Shown here: positions 33,408 to 42,593 of the stretch, piece after piece
How the letters are laid out: each line of letters opens with the position of its first letter
Position numbering within the stretch: the stretch's first letter is position 1
Made by a program: the position numbers and the translations under genes
The notes under the pieces: model-generated
The model's input: the letters and a program-made list of their open reading frames with translations, nothing else
Databases searched by the model: none
What the model was told of the DNA's origin: nothing
Source: an uncultured Alphaproteobacteria bacterium
Lineage (GTDB): Bacteria > Pseudomonadota > Alphaproteobacteria > HIMB59 > GCA-002718135
DNA: 64,000 nt
NCBI GenBank assembly: GCA_902512325.1
Contig: CABXIT010000003.1
Span: 4,416-68,415, forward strand
Direction: 5' to 3'

Positions 33408-33494
33408 GCGGCTGTGGCGGAATTGGTATACGCGCAGCGTTGAGGTCGCTGTGGGATTTATCCTGTGGAAGTTCAAGTCTTCTCAGCCGCACCA
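33408..33494 (+). tRNA. tRNA-Leu (anticodon GAG)
   Basis: 87 nt. Acceptor GCGGCTG/CAGCCGC, anticodon stem CAGCG/CGCTG with loop TT-GAG-GT, long variable arm, T loop TTCAAGT, encoded CCA. Confidence 0.92.
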
Positions 33495-33528
33495 CCTACT
33501 TATTTAAAAAACATGATATAAGATAATA

Positions 33529-34866
33529 ATGATTAATAAAAACCATCTAATTGAGTATTTTTATGAAGGTATTAAATCCAAAACTAAATTAAAAATTGGT
33601 GTTGAGCATGAAAAATTTATCTTAAATAAAGATACACTTCTTCCAGTTTCTTATGATGAAAAAAATGGCATTAAAAAAATTTTAGAAAAAATAACTTTAA
33701 ATGGATGGAACGCTTTATATGATGATAACCAACAAACTGTTATTGCTCTTAAAAAAGGAAAAACAGCAATTACATTAGAACCAGGAGGACAAATTGAATT
33801 ATCAGGTGCTCCTTTAGATAATATTCATGAAACCTGTGAAGAAACTACTAATCATCTTATAGAGTTAAAAAAGCTTGGTAATGAATTAAACTTTATTTTA
33901 TTAGGAATGGGCGTTGAACCTAATTTAGGATTAGATGATTTTCCATGGATGCCCAAGCAACGTTATGGAATAATGAAAAAATACATGCATAAAGTTGGCA
34001 CACAAGGTCATCATATGATGAAACGTACATGCACTAATCAGGTTAATATAGACTATTCTTCTGAGGAAGATATGGTTGAAAAATTTAGAGTAATGTTAAA
34101 TCTTGAAGCTATTGCAACAGCTATGTTCTCTAACTCCCCTTTCGATCAAGGAAAAATTTCTAAATATAAAAGTTTACGTTCTCATTTTTGGCATCATACA
34201 GACCCTGATAGAACAGGATTACTGCCATTTGTTTTTGAAAAAGATTTTAATTTTGAAAATTATACAAATTATGCATTAAATGTACCAATGTACTTCATAA
34301 ACAGAGATCATAAATACATAGATATGACAAATTATACTTTTAAAGATTACCTTGAAGGCAGATCAACAGACATTGAGTATGAAGCTACTTTGAAAGATTG
34401 GGAAGATCACTTAACAACTTTATTTCCTCAGGCAAGATTAAAACAGTATTTGGAAATACGATCAATGGATGCATGCAATTGGGATTTAATTTGCTCTCAA
34501 CCAGCTTTTTGGGTTGGAATTATATATGATGATGAAATAATTGATAAAATAAAAGAAATTACAGAAGATTGGTCTGAAGAAGATAGAGAATATTTAAATA
34601 AAAGAGTTCCAGAGGAAGGATTACAAACTGGATTTAAAGGAAAAAAATTAATTTCTTATGCAAAAGAATTTTTTAACCTATCAAAAAAAGGTTTAATTAA
34701 AAGAAATTTTTTGTCCAAGAATGGTGAGTTTGATGAGTCTATACATATGAAAGATTTGGAGAAAAATTTAGAAAATGGCTTTTCACCAGCTGATTGTCTA
34801 ATCAATAAATTTAATTCAAGTTGGGAAAAATCTTTAATGCCAATTTATAAAGAATTAATTTTCTAA
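33529..34866 (+). CDS. gshA: Glutamate--cysteine ligase, plant/alphaproteobacterial type (GCS2 family)
   Basis: 445 aa. It resembles plant-type gamma-glutamylcysteine synthetases (GVEHEKF..., LEPGGQIELSG, YLEIRSMDA) and is followed directly by gshB. Confidence 0.85.
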   Translation: MINKNHLIEYFYEGIKSKTKLKIGVEHEKFILNKDTLLPVSYDEKNGIKKILEKITLNGWNALYDDNQQTVIALKKGKTAITLEPGGQIELSGAPLDNIHETCEETTNHLIELKKLGNELNFILLGMGVEPNLGLDDFPWMPKQRYGIMKKYMHKVGTQGHHMMKRTCTNQVNIDYSSEEDMVEKFRVMLNLEAIATAMFSNSPFDQGKISKYKSLRSHFWHHTDPDRTGLLPFVFEKDFNFENYTNYALNVPMYFINRDHKYIDMTNYTFKDYLEGRSTDIEYEATLKDWEDHLTTLFPQARLKQYLEIRSMDACNWDLICSQPAFWVGIIYDDEIIDKIKEITEDWSEEDREYLNKRVPEEGLQTGFKGKKLISYAKEFFNLSKKGLIKRNFLSKNGEFDESIHMKDLEKNLENGFSPADCLINKFNSSWEKSLMPIYKELIF

Positions 34867-35807
34867 TGAGACACAAAATTGCAATTCAAATGGATGACAT
34901 AAGAACCATCGACTATGCTTATGACTCTTCTTTCATGATCGGTTTAGAAGGCCAAAAAAGAAATTATGAATTATTCTTTTATCATCCAGATGATTTATTT
35001 TTAGATTCAGGAATTGTAAAGGCTAATGGATTTTATATAGAGCTATTTGATCAAGATAAAGATTATTTTAAATTCATATCCGATAAAATTGAAATCGAAT
35101 TGGCAGAATTTATTTTCATTTTTTTAAGGCAAGATCCTCCATTTAATATGCATTATATTACCTCTACTTACTTGCTGGATTGTTTACCTAAAAATACAAT
35201 AGTTATAAATAATCCAACAGCAGTTAGAAATTGTGCAGAAAAAATTCTTCCATTTAAATTTAAAGAATTTATGCCCCCAACTTTAATTTCACAAAAAGTT
35301 GATGATATTAATATTTTTTTAAATATTCATAAAGATATCATAACAAAACCTTTATATGGTAATGGGGGCGAAGGTATACACAGAAGTAAAGAGGGGCATT
35401 TGGAAGGACTTGATACAGCTAGTGAATATTTTGAGATGCCAATCATTGCTCAAAAATATATTTCTGAAATAACTGAAGGTGATAGAAGGATAATTTTTAT
35501 TGATGGAGAATATGTTGGATCTGTTGCAAGAATTCCATCCAAGGGAAGTATTAAAGCAAACTTTCATGCTGGTGGTGTAGCTAAAAAGACTGATCTAGTT
35601 TATCGTGATAAGGAAATAGTTGAAGTAATTGGAAAAGAATTAAAAGAGCTAGATCTTTTTTTTGTAGGAATTGATATTATTGGTAATTATCTTACTGAAA
35701 TTAACGTAACTTCACCAACTGGTATTAAGCAAATCAACAACTTAAATAACGTTAAATTAGAGGAAGTTTTCTGGGATAAACTTGAAGCAAAATATAAAAT
35801 AGTTTAA
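34866..35807 (+). CDS. gshB: Glutathione synthetase (ATP-grasp)
   Basis: 313 aa. Prokaryotic GshB N-domain plus ATP-grasp (KPLYGNGGEGI, GDRRIIFIDGE, EINVTSPTG). 1-nt overlap with gshA. Confidence 0.9.
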   Translation: MRHKIAIQMDDIRTIDYAYDSSFMIGLEGQKRNYELFFYHPDDLFLDSGIVKANGFYIELFDQDKDYFKFISDKIEIELAEFIFIFLRQDPPFNMHYITSTYLLDCLPKNTIVINNPTAVRNCAEKILPFKFKEFMPPTLISQKVDDINIFLNIHKDIITKPLYGNGGEGIHRSKEGHLEGLDTASEYFEMPIIAQKYISEITEGDRRIIFIDGEYVGSVARIPSKGSIKANFHAGGVAKKTDLVYRDKEIVEVIGKELKELDLFFVGIDIIGNYLTEINVTSPTGIKQINNLNNVKLEEVFWDKLEAKYKIV

Positions 35808-35831
35808 AGAGTAGTCAATAAAGGAACTTAT

Positions 35832-36395
35832 ATGAATAATAGTAGAATATTAATTAATAATTTAAAAATCTTTCAGGGCATTAATCAAAATGTAATTAAT
35901 GTACTTCTAATTCTTTTTGGGACACTTTTATTAACTATTTCAGCAAAAGTACAAGTTCCTTTCTGGCCAGTTCCAATGACTATGCAAACATTTGTAGTAT
36001 TTTTAATTGGTTCAACATATGGTGTTCGTTTATCTCTTTTAACTTTAGTTGCTTATTTGATTGAAGGCGCTATAGGATTGCCGGTTTTTGCTGCTGGAGG
36101 AGGTATTATGTATCTTACTGGACCAACTGCAGGATACTTGTATGGTATGACTATAGCGGCAGTTGTTATAAGTTACTTTGCTAATGAAGGTTACAGCTCA
36201 TCCTACTTAAAATCTTTTATAAGTATTATAGTTGGTTCTGCTATAATTTTTGCTTTAGGAGTTTTGTATTTAGGTTCAATCATTGGATATAATAAAGCAA
36301 TACAAGCAGGTTTATTACCATTTATTCCAAGTGAATTATTTAAAATAGCTCTAGCTGTTTTATTAATACCTACTCTAAATAAATTTATAAAATAA
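35832..36395 (+). CDS. bioY: Biotin transporter BioY (solitary S component)
   Basis: 187 aa with about 6 TM helices. BioY-like motifs (VPFWPVPMTMQTF, GPTAGYL). No bioM/bioN genes are adjacent. Confidence 0.8.
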   Translation: MNNSRILINNLKIFQGINQNVINVLLILFGTLLLTISAKVQVPFWPVPMTMQTFVVFLIGSTYGVRLSLLTLVAYLIEGAIGLPVFAAGGGIMYLTGPTAGYLYGMTIAAVVISYFANEGYSSSYLKSFISIIVGSAIIFALGVLYLGSIIGYNKAIQAGLLPFIPSELFKIALAVLLIPTLNKFIK

Positions 36396-36402
36396 ATTTT
36401 AC

Positions 36403-37293
36403 ATGAAAATAGGTATTGATCTCGGTGGGACGAAGACCGAAGGTATTTTAATTGATGATTCAGGAAAAGAGCTTTCAAGAACTAGAATTAAAACTGAAAA
36501 AAATTATGATGGAACAATACAGGGTATAATTTCAATAGTTAAACAATTTGAAAGTGATTTTGGAAACGCAAAATCTGTTGGTATTGGAATGCCAGGAGCA
36601 GTATCTACAGATTCAGCCTTAGTAAAGAATGCTAATTCTATATGGTTAAATGGCAAACCATTTAAAAAAGATTTAGAAAAAGAACTTGATAAAAGTGTAA
36701 ATTTAGAAAATGATGCTAACTGCTTTACTTTATCAGAAGCAGTTGATGGATCGGGAAAAGGCCATGCTGTTGTATTTGGTGTAATCATTGGTACCGGTAC
36801 TGGTGGTGGAATTTCTATAAACCAAAAAGTTCTTACTGGTAAAAATAATATTGCTGGAGAATGGGGACATATAAGTTTACCTAATAGATCTGATGATGAA
36901 AAAAAATTTGTAAAACGATGTTATTGTGAAAAAAGTGGTTGCATGGAAACATATGTTTCCGGCCCTGGTTTTGCGAGCTGTTTCAATCTTAAACATAAAA
37001 CTAATTATGATTCCCACGCAATTTTAGAAGAATTTAAGAATAATGATCAAAGAGCAATTGAAGCATTAGACATTTATGTTGATCATTTAGCAAGAGGATT
37101 GTCTTTAGTCTGCAATATTTTAGATCCAGATATTATTGTTTTAGGTGGTGGAATGTCTAATATCTCTTACATTTACGATCATATAGATACTTCATTAAAA
37201 AAATATATTTTTAGTGATACATTTAATACAAAAGTTGTAAAAAATATACACGGTGACTCTGGAGGCGTAAGAGGAGCTGCTTGGCTATCTTAA
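36403..37293 (+). CDS. ROK-family sugar kinase (N-acetylglucosamine kinase NagK / fructokinase-like)
   Basis: 296 aa. Begins directly with the ATP-binding IGIDLGGTK, so there is no HTH domain. Has LENDANCF and the Zn motif GEWGH...C.C.KSGC. Strong by-eye similarity to E. coli NagK. Confidence 0.8.
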   Translation: MKIGIDLGGTKTEGILIDDSGKELSRTRIKTEKNYDGTIQGIISIVKQFESDFGNAKSVGIGMPGAVSTDSALVKNANSIWLNGKPFKKDLEKELDKSVNLENDANCFTLSEAVDGSGKGHAVVFGVIIGTGTGGGISINQKVLTGKNNIAGEWGHISLPNRSDDEKKFVKRCYCEKSGCMETYVSGPGFASCFNLKHKTNYDSHAILEEFKNNDQRAIEALDIYVDHLARGLSLVCNILDPDIIVLGGGMSNISYIYDHIDTSLKKYIFSDTFNTKVVKNIHGDSGGVRGAAWLS

Positions 37294-38741
37294 ATACCAG
37301 CCATTGAAATGTATTTAATATTTAAATAATCATCTAAACCATATCTAGAACCTTCTCTTCCAAGTCCAGATTCTTTGACTCCTCCAAAAGGTATTTCTGC
37401 TTTTGTTGTTAAACCAGTATTTACACCTACCATTCCGTATTCTAAAGCTTCAGCTACCCTCCATATTCTTCCAATATCTCTTGAATAAAAATATGAAGCA
37501 AGACCATAAGGAGTATTATTAGCAAGCTTAATTACTTCCTCATCTGTGCTAAATTTGTACAAAGGAGCTACTGGACCAAAAGTTTCTTCATAAGTAATTT
37601 TTGCTTCAGTTGTTACATTAGAGAGAACGGTTGGTTGAAAGAAGTTGCCACCAAGTGGGTGTATGTCTCCTCCTACGGCAATTTTTGCTCCTTGATTTAC
37701 TGCATCTTTAACTTGATCAAGAACTTTCATTAAAGAGGGCTGATCAATAAGTGGACCGGACACTATTCCTTCTTCTAATCCATTTCCAACTTTTATTTTA
37801 TTTACTTCTTGAGTGAATTTATCCAAAAATTTATCATAAACTTTTTCATGAACAAAAATTCTATTAGCGCATATGCAAGTTTGACCAGAATTTCTAAACT
37901 TACTCTGCATCGCTCCTATCACTGCCTCATCTATATTAGCATCTTCAAACACTACAAATGGTGCATGACCTCCTAATTCCATTGATACTTTTTTAACAGT
38001 AGATGCACTTTGTTTTAAAAGAATTTTTCCAACTTCTGTAGAGCCTGTAAATGATATTTTTTTAACTATTGGATTTTCAGTTAATTCTTTACCAATTGCT
38101 GCTGCAGATCCAGTGATAATATTAATTACTCCATCAGGGAATCCTGCTTCTTTAGCTAAAACACCAAGAGCAAGTGCTGAATATGGTGTTTGACTAGCTG
38201 GTTTAATAACAACAGTACATCCAACAGCAAGTGCTGGAGCACATTTTCTAGTAATCATTGTACTTGGAAAATTCCATGGAGTAATTGCACCTACGACACC
38301 AACAGGTTGTTTTATAATTACAATTCTTCTATCCGGCATTGGATCAGAGATGATATCACCATAAACTCTTTTTCCTTCTTCAGCATAAAAATCAATATAT
38401 GAAACTCCCATCAAGATTTCACCTTTTGCTTCAGCTAAAGGCTTACCTTGCTCTAAAGTCATAATTTTAGCTAAGTCATCGGCATTTTGCTCAATTAATC
38501 TAGCCCATTTTTGTAATATAATAGACCTTTCCTTTGCAGTTTTATCTCTCCAATTAGGAAATGCAGCTTGAGCTTCATCTATTGCCTTAGTAGTTTCTGA
38601 GGTTGAGCATTTAGGAACTTCGCCGATTATTTCATTGTTAGCAGGATTGTCGACTTTAATCTTTTCACCAGAATTGCTCTCTATCCATTTACCACCAACA
38701 AAACAATTTTCTTTAAAAAGTGCTTTATTTTTTAGTTCCAT
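37290..38741 (-). CDS. gabD: NAD(P)+-dependent succinate-semialdehyde dehydrogenase family aldehyde dehydrogenase
   Basis: 483 aa. ALDH motifs VSMELGGHAP (catalytic Glu) and FRNSGQTCICANR (catalytic Cys). GabD-like throughout. Confidence 0.85.
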   Translation of the reverse strand: MELKNKALFKENCFVGGKWIESNSGEKIKVDNPANNEIIGEVPKCSTSETTKAIDEAQAAFPNWRDKTAKERSIILQKWARLIEQNADDLAKIMTLEQGKPLAEAKGEILMGVSYIDFYAEEGKRVYGDIISDPMPDRRIVIIKQPVGVVGAITPWNFPSTMITRKCAPALAVGCTVVIKPASQTPYSALALGVLAKEAGFPDGVINIITGSAAAIGKELTENPIVKKISFTGSTEVGKILLKQSASTVKKVSMELGGHAPFVVFEDANIDEAVIGAMQSKFRNSGQTCICANRIFVHEKVYDKFLDKFTQEVNKIKVGNGLEEGIVSGPLIDQPSLMKVLDQVKDAVNQGAKIAVGGDIHPLGGNFFQPTVLSNVTTEAKITYEETFGPVAPLYKFSTDEEVIKLANNTPYGLASYFYSRDIGRIWRVAEALEYGMVGVNTGLTTKAEIPFGGVKESGLGREGSRYGLDDYLNIKYISMAGI

Positions 38742-38807
38742 ATTTACTCCTCTAATTTATGTATTTACTAGATTACTCTTTTTAACTTTTAATTTATAGA
38801 GGTAAAT

Positions 38808-39911
38808 ATGACAATTGTTAACTCTTGGAATGAATGGGATACCTTAAAGCATGTTATTGTAGGTACAGTAGAAAATTCAAATGTGCCACCGATGGAGCCT
38901 GCATTGGAACCAAAAATAAGTAAAGATAGTGGGATGGTTGGTTCACACGGACCAAGAAAACAAGAGTCTGTTGATAAAGCGAACATTCAACTTGATAGTT
39001 TTGTAAAAATTTTGGAGTCTCACGGAGTGCAGGTTGATCGTCCAACTCCTATAGATTTTACAAAAGCAATCTCTACACCAGATTGGAAAAATGATGGCCA
39101 ATTTGGATCAATGCCACCAAGAGATGTGATCTTAACTGTTGGTAATGAAATGCTAGAAGCACCAATGTCTTACCGCTGTAGGTGGTTTGAATATCTTGCA
39201 TACAGACCATTACTTGAAAAGTATTATGATGAAGATCCTAATATGCGATGGGAGTCAGCACCCAAGCCACGTCTTACATCTAAAACTTATAAATCAAATT
39301 ATTTACCTGAAGGTATAACTGAAGAAGACAGATATAAAAAAATTGAAGACAGAGATATGATTTTAACTGAACAAGAACCTCTTTTTGATGCAGCTGAAGT
39401 GCTACGCTTCGGAAAAGATTTATTTTATCATAATAATTTTACTTCAAATTTAAAGGGTTTGAATTGGTTAAGAAGACATTTTCCCAATCATCGTGTTCAT
39501 CAAATAAATTTACCAGGAGAATTAATTCCCACTCATATTGATGCATGTTTTACACCTATTAAACCTGGTGTAATAATTATCAATCCAAATAGAAAAATAT
39601 CTGAAGAGCAAAGAAAAATATTTGATAACAATAAATGGGAAATTCATGCTGCAGCACCTTCTGTTCATAATACTCCTCCACCAATGTGCTATTCAACAAT
39701 TTGGTTATCAATGAATGTTTTAATTTTAAATCCTTCAACTATTTGTGTAGAGGCAAGTGAAGAAAAAATGATTAAACAAATGGAAAGCTTTGGTATGAAT
39801 GTGATTCCAGTTCCTTTTCGAGATGTATATGCTTTTGGTGGTAGTCTTCATTGTGCGACTACAGATGTTTACCGAGAAGGAGATTGTGAAGATTACTTTC
39901 CAAATCAATAA
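38808..39911 (+). CDS. Glycine amidinotransferase (AGAT/StrB1)-family amidinotransferase
   Basis: 367 aa, collinear by eye with human AGAT. NSWNEWDTLKHVIVG (versus SSYNEWDPLEEVIVG). The catalytic triad contexts are conserved: FDAAE, PTHIDACF and GGSLHCATTDV. Confidence 0.8.
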   Translation: MTIVNSWNEWDTLKHVIVGTVENSNVPPMEPALEPKISKDSGMVGSHGPRKQESVDKANIQLDSFVKILESHGVQVDRPTPIDFTKAISTPDWKNDGQFGSMPPRDVILTVGNEMLEAPMSYRCRWFEYLAYRPLLEKYYDEDPNMRWESAPKPRLTSKTYKSNYLPEGITEEDRYKKIEDRDMILTEQEPLFDAAEVLRFGKDLFYHNNFTSNLKGLNWLRRHFPNHRVHQINLPGELIPTHIDACFTPIKPGVIIINPNRKISEEQRKIFDNNKWEIHAAAPSVHNTPPPMCYSTIWLSMNVLILNPSTICVEASEEKMIKQMESFGMNVIPVPFRDVYAFGGSLHCATTDVYREGDCEDYFPNQ

Positions 39912-40663
39912 TGAATAATTTTATACAAAACGATTTAAAACCAATAATACAAAGTACAACTAATCCCAGAATTGGCGTTATTACTCTTTCAACTGATTTT
40001 ACAATAGAGCAAGATTTTAGAAAAATATGCCATTCTCTTCCGATAGATATATTTTTTAACAGAATACCTTTTATTAATCCTTTAAATCATGAAAATTATT
40101 TAAAAATGGCAGAGCATATACCTGAGGTATCTGATCAGATTTTACCTGGAGAAAAAATTGATGTTATTGCATATGGATGTACTTCTGGGACTATTGCAAT
40201 CGGAGAAGAACATATATCAAGTCAGGTTCAAAAATCAAAACCTGAGGCCAAAGTTACAACCCCTATAACAGCAGCATTAAAGGCATTTAAAAAATTAAAT
40301 TTAAAAAATATAGCTGTATTAACGCCTTATCCCAAAGATGTTAATGTAACAGTTTTTGATTATTTAAGTAAAAATGATTTAACAATAGATTCTTTTAATT
40401 CTTTTAATTTAAATTATGACTCTGAAATTGCACAAGTAAGTTTAGAAAGTTTAAAAGAAAGCATAGCTAATATAAATTTAGATAATGTTGACGGATTGTT
40501 TGTCTCTTGTACAGCTCTTAAAATTGTCGATATTCTTGATGAGGTTGAAAAAAAATTTAATACAACTGTCATTTCTAGTAATCAGGCAATAATATGGGAT
40601 TGCTTACAATTGTTAGATATAAATATTAAAGTTCCAGGTTATGGAAAATTATTTAATAATTAA
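39911..40663 (+). CDS. Asp/Glu racemase-superfamily protein (maleate isomerase / arylmalonate decarboxylase-like; EutA-like)
   Basis: 250 aa with two Cys motifs (YGCTSGT and VSCTALK) at the spacing typical of this superfamily. It sits immediately upstream of EutB- and EutC-like genes. Confidence 0.65.
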   Translation: MNNFIQNDLKPIIQSTTNPRIGVITLSTDFTIEQDFRKICHSLPIDIFFNRIPFINPLNHENYLKMAEHIPEVSDQILPGEKIDVIAYGCTSGTIAIGEEHISSQVQKSKPEAKVTTPITAALKAFKKLNLKNIAVLTPYPKDVNVTVFDYLSKNDLTIDSFNSFNLNYDSEIAQVSLESLKESIANINLDNVDGLFVSCTALKIVDILDEVEKKFNTTVISSNQAIIWDCLQLLDINIKVPGYGKLFNN

Positions 40664-41614
40664 ATGATTTCTTTAGATCAAATTAAAGAGGCACATAAAA
40701 AAATTTCACCTCATATTAATTACACACCTTTAATTCATTCAGATTTTTTATCTAAAAATAGAAATGTAAAATTAAAATTAGAATCACTTCAAAAAACAGG
40801 ATCATTTAAATTAAGAGGAGCGCTTAATAAATTACTGTCACTTTCCAAAGATGAAAAAAGCAAAGGAGTGATAGCTGTTTCTACTGGCAATCATGGTAAG
40901 GGAGTAGCTTATGCTTCAAGTTTATTAGGTGTCAAATCAACTATTTATATGTCTTCTATGGTTCCAGAATACAGAAAATTAGCTATAGAAGCTTTAGGAG
41001 CTAATGTAGAAATAGTAGGTCAAAATAGTGATGAGGCAGATTTATATGCAAGAAATATTTCAGAAAAAGAAAATATAACTCTTATACATCCATTCGATGA
41101 TGAAGATGTTATTATAGGTCAGGGAACTACAGGTCTAGAAATGATTAATGATTTTCCTGAAGTTGATACAGTAATTATTCCTACCTCAGGTGGTGGGTTG
41201 ATTGGTGGAATTGCACTTGCGTTAAAATTACAAAAACCTAGTATTAAAGTAATAGCTGTTTCAATGGAAAGAGGACCCTCAATGTATGAAAGTTTGAAAC
41301 AAGGGAAACCAGTAGATGTAGAGGAATTAGAAACACTTGCTGATTGTTTGGGGGGGAGTATAGGTTTGAATAATAAATTTACGTTTAATATAGCTAAGGA
41401 AACAATAGATGATTTTGTACTAGTTAATGAAGATAAGATTGCCGAAGGTATAAAGTTAAATTTTACTGAACATAGAATAGTGACCGAAGGAGCTGCAGCA
41501 ACGAGCGTTATGGTAGCAAAAGATAATTTATCATCACATCTAGGAAAAAATATTATATGTCTAATTTGTGGAGGTAATATTGAGAAAAATTTATTTAATA
41601 AAATAATTTCATGA
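40664..41614 (+). CDS. PLP-dependent threonine/serine dehydratase-family enzyme (EutB-like)
   Basis: 316 aa. PLP-lysine motif GSFKLRGA and Gly-rich loop PTSGGGLIGG. Confidence 0.75.
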   Translation: MISLDQIKEAHKKISPHINYTPLIHSDFLSKNRNVKLKLESLQKTGSFKLRGALNKLLSLSKDEKSKGVIAVSTGNHGKGVAYASSLLGVKSTIYMSSMVPEYRKLAIEALGANVEIVGQNSDEADLYARNISEKENITLIHPFDDEDVIIGQGTTGLEMINDFPEVDTVIIPTSGGGLIGGIALALKLQKPSIKVIAVSMERGPSMYESLKQGKPVDVEELETLADCLGGSIGLNNKFTFNIAKETIDDFVLVNEDKIAEGIKLNFTEHRIVTEGAAATSVMVAKDNLSSHLGKNIICLICGGNIEKNLFNKIIS

Positions 41615-42591
41615 CATTAGTATTAAATTCTAGTGAAATAAAAAAATGTGTTCAGTTAAATGAGCAACTTATTCCTATAATTGAAGATGCTTTTAAAAGT
41701 TTAGCTTTGGGAAAAACAACGATGCCTCCAATCCTCCGTCTTGATATAGAAAAATATCATGGAGAATCTGATGTTAAGGCTGCTTATATAGAAGGATTAG
41801 ATAGTTACGCTATTAAGATTGCATCAGGTTTTTTTAATAATCCAAATTTAGGTCTTCCATCTAGTAATGGTTTAATGATTTTATTAGATTCAAAAACTGG
41901 TGTGTTAAAATCTGTGTTGTTGGATAAAGGATATTTAACAGATGTACGAACAGCTATAGCAGGTGCAATCGCAGCAAAACATTTATCAAATCCTGATTCT
42001 ACTAAAGCAGGTATTATAGGAGCAGGAATTCAAGCTAAATTACAACTTGAGGCATTAACTCTGGTTAGAAATATTGATACAGCATTTATATGGGCAAGAA
42101 ATTCTGAAAAAGTTAATCAATTTATTAAAGATGTTAGCAAATTAAAAATTAATTATAAAGTATGCTCTTCACCAGAAGAAGTTGTAAAACATTCAGAAAT
42201 TGTTGTGACAACCACTCCTAGTAAATCTTTTTTAATAAAAAATGAATGGTTAAAAAAAGGATTGCATATAACTGCAATGGGATCTGATGCTGAGCAAAAA
42301 AATGAATTAGAACCTCTTATAATAAAAAATTGTGATCAATACATTCCAGATAGTTTATCTCAAACAAGGATTTTAGGAGAGTTACATCATGCAATAGATA
42401 AAAATATAATCTTACCTAATGAGAATTTTAATGAGCTTGGTAATATTATTCTTGATTCTAATTTAGGTAGAAAAAATAAAGAAGACATAACTGTATGTGA
42501 CTTGACTGGAACTGGAGTTCAAGATACAGCCATTGCCAAACAAACATATGAAATAGCTATGAATTTAAAATTAGGAACAAATATTAATTAA
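41611..42591 (+). CDS. Ornithine cyclodeaminase / mu-crystallin family NAD(P) enzyme (EutC-like)
   Basis: 326 aa. OCD-family features (TDVRTAIAGAIAAKHL, Rossmann GIIGAGIQA). 4-nt overlap with the upstream gene. Confidence 0.75.
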   Translation: MTLVLNSSEIKKCVQLNEQLIPIIEDAFKSLALGKTTMPPILRLDIEKYHGESDVKAAYIEGLDSYAIKIASGFFNNPNLGLPSSNGLMILLDSKTGVLKSVLLDKGYLTDVRTAIAGAIAAKHLSNPDSTKAGIIGAGIQAKLQLEALTLVRNIDTAFIWARNSEKVNQFIKDVSKLKINYKVCSSPEEVVKHSEIVVTTTPSKSFLIKNEWLKKGLHITAMGSDAEQKNELEPLIIKNCDQYIPDSLSQTRILGELHHAIDKNIILPNENFNELGNIILDSNLGRKNKEDITVCDLTGTGVQDTAIAKQTYEIAMNLKLGTNIN

Positions 42592-42593
42592 TC

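Noticed and set aside
33408-33494. tRNA-Leu as a possible integration site marking the start of a genomic island (accessory metabolism begins just downstream)
   Set aside because: I noticed no integrase or recombinase gene, no direct repeat of the tRNA 3' end and no compositional break. The downstream genes (gshAB, bioY) are housekeeping.
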